In this document: piece by piece, positions 36,174 to 43,037 of the stretch
Position numbering within the stretch: position 1 is the stretch's first letter
Layout: every line of letters begins with the position of its first letter
Assembly (NCBI GenBank): GCA_964466845.1
Contig: CAYXOO010000001.1
Location: 9,540-52,576 of the forward strand
Origin: an uncultured Desulfurococcaceae archaeon
GTDB lineage: Archaea > Thermoproteota > Thermoprotei_A > Sulfolobales > Desulfurococcaceae
Reading direction: 5' to 3'
Length of the DNA: 43,037 bases
Notes under the pieces: model-generated
The model's input: the letters and a program-made list of their open reading frames with translations, nothing else
Told to the model about the DNA's origin: nothing
Database searches by the model: none
Translations under genes and position numbers: made by a program

Positions 36174-37193
36174 GTGGTGCTTGGATTGAGAGGTAGAGTT
36201 AAAGAGAAGATTCTAGAGCTACTCAGTAAACACAAGAATGGGCTACGGCAAGCTGATATTGTTAGAGTGCTTAATGTATCAAGAAGCTATGTATCAGAAG
36301 TTATGAAGGAGTTTGTAAGGAGGGGTATTGTTAAGAAGATAATAGATTCTGGAATAACAAAGTATGTACTAGTAGAGAGGAATGTAGAAGAGGAAGAGAA
36401 GCCACGTATACTAAGGATAGGGTTTATATGGTCTAGTGAATACCCATTCCTAACATACTTCTGTAAAAACCTTAAGATTGAAGAAAACATACATGCAGAC
36501 GCCTTGGTGTATAGTAATGCATTAGATGCTACATGGGACCTGGTTAACAACAAGATACACCTAGTCTTAAGCCCGGTGATCACACAGTTTCTCTATGGGA
36601 CACTGACTAAGAACATAGTAATAATAGCTGGTGGAGCATCTGGTGGAGCAGGCCTTTATATAAACAAGTCTTGTAACCTAGAAATAGGCATCTCATCACA
36701 AGTATCTACAATGGACTTAATGCTTACATATACACTCAAGGAACTAGGTGTAACAGATTATAGGAAATACTATGGGTTAAGTGGTGATGAAGTATTTATG
36801 GCTATAGCTAGTTGTAGAGCAAGGTATGCAGCATTATGGGAGCCACTAGCTACTCGTTTAGAGAGGATGGGGTTTAAGAGGGAATACAGTCTAGACGATA
36901 TAGGGTTGCCACACTGTTGTACACTAGCTGTTTCACGTAGAATACCTGTTGAATACCGTAGTATTATTAGGAGACACTATGTTAGAGCAATAGAAGAGTT
37001 TGTTAGAAAACCAGATAATGCATTAGGATGGTATTCTCTAAAGACAGGTATACCAGTAACACTATTAAAAGACACTATAAAGAGCTATACTTATAAACCA
37101 TATATTGAGTTGAAGGAGACTATAAAGACTCTACATAAGATAGGATTGTCTATACCATATCCAGATACACTAGTTGAGTATATAGAGCAATAG
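36174..37193 (+). CDS. Putative one-component regulator: N-terminal wHTH fused to a periplasmic-binding-protein-like (NMT1/SsuA-type) domain
   Basis: wHTH LRQADIVRVLNVSRSYVSEVMKEFVRRGIV, then an alpha/beta domain resembling type 2 solute-binding proteins. There is no signal peptide. It is divergent from the symporter operon. Confidence 0.5.
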   Translation: MVLGLRGRVKEKILELLSKHKNGLRQADIVRVLNVSRSYVSEVMKEFVRRGIVKKIIDSGITKYVLVERNVEEEEKPRILRIGFIWSSEYPFLTYFCKNLKIEENIHADALVYSNALDATWDLVNNKIHLVLSPVITQFLYGTLTKNIVIIAGGASGGAGLYINKSCNLEIGISSQVSTMDLMLTYTLKELGVTDYRKYYGLSGDEVFMAIASCRARYAALWEPLATRLERMGFKREYSLDDIGLPHCCTLAVSRRIPVEYRSIIRRHYVRAIEEFVRKPDNALGWYSLKTGIPVTLLKDTIKSYTYKPYIELKETIKTLHKIGLSIPYPDTLVEYIEQ

Positions 37194-37202
37194 CTAGTTA
37201 AC

Positions 37203-37628
37203 CTAGCTGTGTCCCTTTACGTATCTACCATTCTCCCTCAATTCGACGCTAGTAATACTTGTCTCCTTCTTAAACCTATCAATAATCCTATAGAGCTTCT
37301 CAATAGCCTTGTGTCTATCCCTTGCTATAACAAATACATAGGCTAGGATCTGGCTCGGTCTATACTCTCCAATCTTAAAGTATATCCTAGCATCTGGTAC
37401 ATCATCACATACTTCACTATCTAGTATCTCATATAGTTCTTCTACAACCTTATCAACATCCTCTACTACATGGCCATAGCTATATACTCTAGCTCCATTG
37501 ACAATGTCTTTAACGAAACCAATGAATATAGCTAGTGCTCCACAACCCTTACCACTATTCTCCTTAATCATCTCTTCTACAACCTTATCAATAGATATAT
37601 CCTCTCTAACAACCCTTACAAGAACCAT
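37203..37628 (-). CDS. MoaE-like protein (molybdopterin synthase large subunit family)
   Basis: GALAIFIGFVKD... and ...YFKIGEYRPSQILAYVFVIARDRHKAIEKLYRIIDRFKKE align by eye with the MoaE pattern GAVvTF.G.VR / HR.GEL..G...V.V.V...HR..AF. Confidence 0.5.
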   Translation of the reverse strand: MVLVRVVREDISIDKVVEEMIKENSGKGCGALAIFIGFVKDIVNGARVYSYGHVVEDVDKVVEELYEILDSEVCDDVPDARIYFKIGEYRPSQILAYVFVIARDRHKAIEKLYRIIDRFKKETSITSVELRENGRYVKGHS

Positions 37629-37796
37629 AGCTTTTACACCATCTAGACTACTAGTTTACTTGGAAGCTATAGTTGTTTTGTATAGATAGTTCTTCTAGAC
37701 ACTATATCTAGTATCAACCATCTTATCTCAATATTTGTTTACACAAACTAGATATGGAACGGGATAACTATTATTTACTGGGTAGGGTGTACCTAT

Positions 37797-39314
37797 TTGT
37801 CTACTCGTCTCTATGTATTGGCTGCCATAGTGTCTCTAGTGCTTATTGGAGGCTATGTTGTTGCCAATAGTTTGTCGGTAGAAGCTAGTGTTGTTAAGGG
37901 GTGTAGTACTAGTGATGTATATATACGTGGAGCAGTAGCTATAGGCTATGGAGACTATATTGTCTATGGAGGTACTTATCAAGCACTGTTTATAGCTCGT
38001 GTAAACGTCTATGAAGACACAGTGTATTGGGCTAAAGCTATAGGCTATAGTGGAGTATATGGTGATTACCCAGAGTTCCGTGATGCAGTTGTTGACAACG
38101 ACTATGTGTATGTAACTGGTTATCTAAACATTGGTGGTGGTAAACAATTATGTGCTGCAAGATTCAATATTGTTGACGGCTCTATGGACTGGGGTATCTA
38201 CCTAACTGGTGTATCAGATACTGCTGGACTAGGAATAGCTGTTGTACAAGACTATGTATTCATTGTAGGCTATACAAGTGACTATAGTGCTGATGGAGTA
38301 GATGGTTTTGCTGTTGGACTAGGAAAGAATAACGGTACTGTATTAAAGGCTTATCGTGTAGATCTTAGGCTATTATTTGATGGCTCAGATGAGTATATCG
38401 TGGATATCGCACTCCATGGTAATACGAGCTACATAGTTGGTATGACAAATGCTTATGATACACTAGCCTATGATATAGTTGTTGCTAACATAACCTATGT
38501 TGGTGATAACGAGACTGTTGAACAAATGTTTGTAGTAGGAAACACAGGTGTATACGAAATAGCTGGTGTTGGGGATTGGTGTTGTAGTGGTTCATCAGTA
38601 ACTGTTGATCCACTTGGTTATGTATGGGTTATCGGTGAGTATAAGAGTAGTAGTGGGTACTATAACACACTAGTCTTTAGATTCACAAGCAATTTATCAA
38701 CAATAGTCTTTAGTAAATCACTGACAGCTCTAAACCCTGGTGACGAATTCTATGCTACATCAATAGCTATACCACCATATAGGGTGGTAGCATATATTGG
38801 AGGCTATAGTGTCTATGGCTTACACAATAGTGTTAATATAGGCTATATTGTTAGAATACATGGTAATGGATCAATAGACTACGAGTACTCAATACATGAT
38901 ATGCTATGGAGTAGAGACTATAGGCTATACCATATACCAGTCTATGGAGACTCTAGTAGCTATAGAGTAGGAGTAGCTGGACTAGTAGACTCTATAGCTA
39001 GTTCTAACGATATAGTTGTAGACACTGATCTACCACTACATAGCTGGAGTGACTATACATATAGTATTACTGATAAGACAAATGAAGCATGGAAGATAGA
39101 AGTCTATGGAGTAGCTACAGATAATCTAACACAACCAATTGATATAACAATAGATAACCCAACGACACATAAGAATATACATGCAGCAGTACTAGTAGAC
39201 ACCAATCCACCACCAGCAATTACCGAGCCAGCTATACTACCCTACATAATAGCCGCCTTAGTAATAGCTATTCTGGTGATAACAACTACTAGGATAGACT
39301 ATAGTAAAAACTAG
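37797..39314 (+). CDS. Cell-surface protein with beta-propeller-like repeats, an N-terminal signal/anchor and a C-terminal TM anchor
   Basis: TTG start. N-terminal hydrophobic segment LYVLAAIVSLVLIGGYVV. Recurring YVYVTGY / YVFIVGYT / SYIVGMT / YVWVIGEY / AYIGGYS strands (SBBP-like). C-terminal PAILPYIIAALVIAILVITTT followed by a short basic tail. Confidence 0.6.
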   Translation: MSTRLYVLAAIVSLVLIGGYVVANSLSVEASVVKGCSTSDVYIRGAVAIGYGDYIVYGGTYQALFIARVNVYEDTVYWAKAIGYSGVYGDYPEFRDAVVDNDYVYVTGYLNIGGGKQLCAARFNIVDGSMDWGIYLTGVSDTAGLGIAVVQDYVFIVGYTSDYSADGVDGFAVGLGKNNGTVLKAYRVDLRLLFDGSDEYIVDIALHGNTSYIVGMTNAYDTLAYDIVVANITYVGDNETVEQMFVVGNTGVYEIAGVGDWCCSGSSVTVDPLGYVWVIGEYKSSSGYYNTLVFRFTSNLSTIVFSKSLTALNPGDEFYATSIAIPPYRVVAYIGGYSVYGLHNSVNIGYIVRIHGNGSIDYEYSIHDMLWSRDYRLYHIPVYGDSSSYRVGVAGLVDSIASSNDIVVDTDLPLHSWSDYTYSITDKTNEAWKIEVYGVATDNLTQPIDITIDNPTTHKNIHAAVLVDTNPPPAITEPAILPYIIAALVIAILVITTTRIDYSKN

Positions 39315-39355
39315 GCATAGATAGACGATGATCTATAGTGATAGCTGTTTCTGTT

Positions 39356-40279
39356 CTACCTAGTCCCCATTATAGCCTTTAATACATAGTCTCTTACTAG
39401 TGGAGCTATAGATACCTTGCTTACTGGACTTAGTATAGTGTCTGTACATACTATGTCTAGTGGGTTAGTCCTCATTATCTTATATAATGCATTACCAGCT
39501 AGTACTGGGTGTATACAAGTCACAATTATTTCTTTAGCTCCTAGTTTCTTCAACAGATTAATTGTTTCAACCATTGTACCACCAGTACTTATTATGTCAT
39601 CCACTATAACAACTCTCTTACCAGCTAGTGATACACCAGTCTTTGTAGTAACACGTACTTCTTCATCACTAATCCTTTCTTTCTCCAAGACAGTATACTC
39701 TACACCACCAAGGTATCCAGCTAACCTACTAGCCCATTGTTCAGCTTCTTCATCAGGTCCTACAACAACTGTGTCTCTAGATACAAGGTTTCTACCAACT
39801 AGGTATTCAGCTATAGCTTTTACGGCTGATAAGTTATAGAATCTGCTACCAAACAACTCCCTTGGATCACTTATCCTATGTAGATGCATATCAAAGGTAT
39901 ATAGTCCATCAAGATCTATTGTTTTAAACAATTCAGCTAGTACACGTATACTAACAACTTCTCCAGGTTTAAACCTCTCATCCTGTCTAGCATAAGCCAT
40001 ATACGGTACTATAGCATATAGCTTCCTAGCCCCAAGTTCTCTAAGTGTATACAGTGTATACAATGTCTCTATGATAGAGCTGTTTACACTTGGTTGTAGA
40101 GAATTTATATAGACAACACTCCTACCACTAACATCACACTCGATCCTAACATATAGTTCTCCATCTGGGAAGAAGCGTTTATAGACAAAACCATAGTCTA
40201 CACCAGTTATTCTAGAAACCCTAATAGCTATATGCTCACTATTAGAACCACCAATAACAACAACTTCCTGGGAACCCAA
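39356..40279 (-). CDS. prs: Ribose-phosphate pyrophosphokinase (PRPP synthetase), paralog 2
   Basis: FFPDGELYVRI, PYMAYARQDE and VIVDDIISTGGT. It is clearly diverged from the copy at 13601..14503. Confidence 0.88.
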   Translation of the reverse strand: MGSQEVVVIGGSNSEHIAIRVSRITGVDYGFVYKRFFPDGELYVRIECDVSGRSVVYINSLQPSVNSSIIETLYTLYTLRELGARKLYAIVPYMAYARQDERFKPGEVVSIRVLAELFKTIDLDGLYTFDMHLHRISDPRELFGSRFYNLSAVKAIAEYLVGRNLVSRDTVVVGPDEEAEQWASRLAGYLGGVEYTVLEKERISDEEVRVTTKTGVSLAGKRVVIVDDIISTGGTMVETINLLKKLGAKEIIVTCIHPVLAGNALYKIMRTNPLDIVCTDTILSPVSKVSIAPLVRDYVLKAIMGTR

Positions 40280-40436
40280 GACTATTGAGACACCTCCGTA
40301 GAAGCATAGCTACTACCTATGATAGGTATACATGGTACAACATATTAAAGAGTATAGCTAAGCCAGGTCTAAAGAGGAGCTTTAAGAGAATATATTATTA
40401 CATAGTTCTACAATACTATCTTGGGGTGTAAGGCTA

Positions 40437-41423
40437 GTGTTTATTGATTGTAGTTATAGATGTAGTTCTGGTACATGCTTCTATAACCGTGAGAAAGAGA
40501 TTGAATGGCTTATTGATAGAGTTTATCGTAGTGCATACGTGATAGTATGGGGTCCAAGGAATATTGGTAAGTCTGAACTACTAAAGTATCTATCATGGAG
40601 ATTGGGTAGAGAAGGCTTTTGTGTAATATATATTGATTGTAGAGAAGCTATTACAAGTGACTTGGTTACAATACATGGTTTTAGAGACATGACTGAATTA
40701 TTTAGGGAAGCTATTGAACTAATTGGCTTGGGGAAGTTATCTAAAGCATATGATCTAGTATCAAGTGTTGTTAGAAGGGTTAGAGCAAGTGGTGTGTTAT
40801 GGGTTTTTGATGAAGCACATAGGCTTAATGGTTATGATAGAGTGTTAGAGGTTCTTATAAAGAAGACTATATATACTTTCCATGAAAAACCTTTCTCTAC
40901 AATAATATCTAGTAGTGAGGGATGGTTCATAAGGAGTAATGTAGTGTATAGTCTTAGAGAGTATGGAGCACAGGATCTACTTGTTGAGTCTATGGATAAA
41001 GAAGTTTTTATAGAGTATGCTAGAGAGCTCTTTAGAGTCTATGGTAGGAGTCCTGATGTACCAGTGGATATACTGTATAACGAGTTTATCAGTGGTAACC
41101 CAGGTTATCTAGTTAAGCTATTGTCTTATAGGAGTGTTGAGGAGTGGATTGAGAGTGTTAGAGAATGGTTTATTGAGGTAGTTAATAGGGTTTCTATAGA
41201 GACTGGTATTAGTGTTAGAGACTATCTTAAATTCATAAGTAATACACCTATGGAGTTAAATGCTTTATCACTTGATCCAGTGGTTAAGAGGGTTATGGAT
41301 AAGCTTATGGAGTATAATATTGTATACTATGTCCTAAAGGATACTATGTATCATGTGAAACCACAACTACCAGTCTATAGGAAAATAGCTATTGAGCTAC
41401 TAGATAGACTCCATGAGAGTTAG
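40437..41423 (+). CDS. Archaeal ATPase family protein (Arch_ATPase/PF01637-like AAA+)
   Basis: FYNREKEIEWLIDRV, then P-loop WGPRNIGKSELL and Walker B VFDEAH. GTG start. Confidence 0.6.
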   Translation: MFIDCSYRCSSGTCFYNREKEIEWLIDRVYRSAYVIVWGPRNIGKSELLKYLSWRLGREGFCVIYIDCREAITSDLVTIHGFRDMTELFREAIELIGLGKLSKAYDLVSSVVRRVRASGVLWVFDEAHRLNGYDRVLEVLIKKTIYTFHEKPFSTIISSSEGWFIRSNVVYSLREYGAQDLLVESMDKEVFIEYARELFRVYGRSPDVPVDILYNEFISGNPGYLVKLLSYRSVEEWIESVREWFIEVVNRVSIETGISVRDYLKFISNTPMELNALSLDPVVKRVMDKLMEYNIVYYVLKDTMYHVKPQLPVYRKIAIELLDRLHES

Positions 41424-41427
41424 TTAT

Positions 41428-42288
41428 CTATGGAATCTCTATTACTAACCCAGCCCCTCCATCACCGTATTTATCCGAGTATTTCTCCATAACGTATTCT
41501 CTAGTATAGTCTCCACTACAATGTATTGGGTAAATCCTAGATACACCTAAGGCTACTAGCTTATCCATTTTCTCCTCAACAACACTATGTGGTTGTCCGG
41601 CTAAGTGAAAACCACCTAAGACAGCATATACCTTGGTATCTAGTTCTTTAGTGAATTCTTCTACAAAAACATCTACACCTGGATGGCTGCAGCCCACGAT
41701 GACTACTAGTCCATAGCTTGTGTTTACTGCTATAGCTATCTCCCATGGAGGTCCATAGAGTGGTTTAGATACATAGACACCACTAGCTATCTCCATAAAC
41801 CTATCAACAACAACTGGTTCTAGCCCAAGACTAGAGACATAGTCCTTGAGACTACTACCACTAGGGATAAACACCTTCAATCCTGGCTTGATATCCTTAA
41901 ACAATCTAAGCCCACCAACATGATCCATGTGTTCATGGCTTAAGACAATAAAGTCCATACTACCAAGATTTACCCCAAGCCTCTCAGCATTAGATAATAG
42001 AACCTCTGGACTAGGGCCAGTATCAAAGAGAAACCTAGTATTATTGGTCTCTATATAGACTGATAAACCCCATACACACTCTAGAGAACTATTAAGACAA
42101 TAATTATCAACAATAACCACGATCCTAATGGATACATTAGTATGCATACTAGACGTAGAACTAGTTATATGGGAAATGTTCTCTACAAAACCCACACTAT
42201 GTCCTCCAAAGAAGTAGTATATAATAAGGACAAGCAGTAGCAGAGACAACACATAGACAACAATCACATACTTATTCAAAAAGACCAC
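41428..42288 (-). CDS. Metallo-beta-lactamase-fold protein (COG1237-like) with an N-terminal TM anchor
   Basis: TM segment VIVVYVLSLLLLVLIIYYFF, MBL motif VLSHEHMDHVGG, and later GCSHPG and HCSG metal ligands. Confidence 0.7.
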   Translation of the reverse strand: MVFLNKYVIVVYVLSLLLLVLIIYYFFGGHSVGFVENISHITSSTSSMHTNVSIRIVVIVDNYCLNSSLECVWGLSVYIETNNTRFLFDTGPSPEVLLSNAERLGVNLGSMDFIVLSHEHMDHVGGLRLFKDIKPGLKVFIPSGSSLKDYVSSLGLEPVVVDRFMEIASGVYVSKPLYGPPWEIAIAVNTSYGLVVIVGCSHPGVDVFVEEFTKELDTKVYAVLGGFHLAGQPHSVVEEKMDKLVALGVSRIYPIHCSGDYTREYVMEKYSDKYGDGGAGLVIEIP

Positions 42289-42528
42289 CCAATTCCTAGT
42301 ACATTACATAGGTAATGCAAAGAAATAAAGATAGCTCTAAACAATGTAGGGATAACACAAAATATTAGAGCATTAATGAAACCTAACAAGTAATCTCTTA
42401 TATAAAAAGCTCTCTAACCCTCTATACTAGGGAAGATCTTTTACACTAGATATTCTCTTAAGTAATAGCCAGAGATAACTTATCCTTAAACCAAGGTAGT
42501 TTAGGTATGGTTTTGGCTATACTGAATT

Positions 42529-42975
42529 TCAAGGGATAGTGTTTAGCCAAGGAATGTTCTTAAAGTCTTTATCAAAGGTTAAAATAGTGTCTATACCATA
42601 GTGTTTACAGGTTAGTACTATGATTGCATCACTTGGAGGTAAATTATATTCGGTTATAATTTCTAACAATTCCCTAGGACTAGCATAGTCCTGGAGTATA
42701 ACTATGTTTAATGCTTCTATAAATTCTACAAACTCTGATAGCTTATCAACTGCAAAACTTACTCCATTAGAACGAATATAGGAGCGGAGCTTATCAATTC
42801 TCCTTATTCCTAACTTCTTCTCTGCAAGTCTACGTATGATAACAAACATTACTTCATCTAGAACACTAGTAGATGTTGCTAGATCACGATATTGTTTGAA
42901 TAACTTAGCTACTTGTTCAGTATATTTACTCTTGAAGATATAGTAATGAAACATATTTGCATCAACAAACTTCAT
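42529..42975 (-). CDS. vapC: PIN-domain ribonuclease toxin VapC
   Basis: MKFVDANMF (first acidic residue), DEVMFV, and SDAIIV...TFDKDFKNIP acidic residues in PIN spacing. Confidence 0.8.
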   Translation of the reverse strand: MKFVDANMFHYYIFKSKYTEQVAKLFKQYRDLATSTSVLDEVMFVIIRRLAEKKLGIRRIDKLRSYIRSNGVSFAVDKLSEFVEFIEALNIVILQDYASPRELLEIITEYNLPPSDAIIVLTCKHYGIDTILTFDKDFKNIPWLNTIP

Positions 42976-42991
42976 TTAAACCACCTTATCA

Positions 42992-43037
42992 CTAGAGCTT
43001 CTCTAGCTCAGCTTCTTCAATAAGTCTCTCTAATTCC
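42992..43037 (-). CDS. 3' end of a probable VapB-type antitoxin gene (partial; the rest is outside the window)
   Basis: The open frame ...ELERLIEEAELEKL ends at a TAG 16 nt upstream of the vapC ATG. The call rests on position only. Confidence 0.3.
   Translation of the reverse strand, partial: ELERLIEEAELEKL

Noticed and set aside
42289-42528. 240-bp gap between vapC and the MBL gene. It contains a CATTAC-ATAG-GTAATG hairpin and a strong TATATAAAAA element, suggesting a possible small RNA.
   Set aside because: No conserved RNA motif (C/D, H/ACA or BHB) or convincing structure could be identified by eye. The TATA-like element is equally consistent with an ordinary promoter for the MBL gene.

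Overview
Chromosomal, mostly housekeeping segment from an AT-leaning hyperthermophilic crenarchaeon. The gene content is Thermoprotei/Desulfurococcales-like: TFB, Gar1, SRP19, eS8, GINS-MCM, RFC, Orc1/Cdc6, a GPN-loop GTPase, a class I CCA enzyme, and a GC-rich intron-containing tRNA in an AT-rich background. About 50 genes are tightly packed, many with 1-4 nt stop/start overlaps. No CRISPR array, rRNA, transposase or integrase was seen.

Main points of interest:
1. A replisome gene island (gins-mcm, rfcS-rfcL, orc1/cdc6) carries four inteins within about 8 kb. MCM (1899 aa ORF) has three in-frame inteins at classic ATPase-core sites: one large with an intact LAGLIDADG endonuclease, one large with both LAGLIDADG motifs degenerate, and one Ser-initiated mini-intein. 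RFC small subunit has one Ser1/Ser+1 LAGLIDADG intein.
2. orc1/cdc6 is translationally coupled through TTGA overlaps to a 74-aa winged-helix protein and then truA. No recognisable ORB/origin lies next to it.
3. A 150-bp array of the palindromic heptamer GTAnTAC sits downstream of an intron-containing tRNA-Pro(GGG).
4. A diglycine MoaD/ThiS-like beta-grasp gene lies directly upstream of a stand-alone THUMP gene.
5. tRNA maturation and repair genes are unusually dense, including a thpR-cca-kinase overlapping operon.
6. There are two divergent PRPP synthetase paralogs.
7. Two sub-60-aa ORFs are missed by the ORF track: an 8-Cys zinc ribbon and a small membrane partner of a sodium:solute symporter.

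Nothing here is a clear-cut novel defence or mobile system. The right-hand end (37.8-43 kb) looks more accessory: a surface beta-propeller protein, an Arch_ATPase, a membrane-anchored MBL protein and VapBC.
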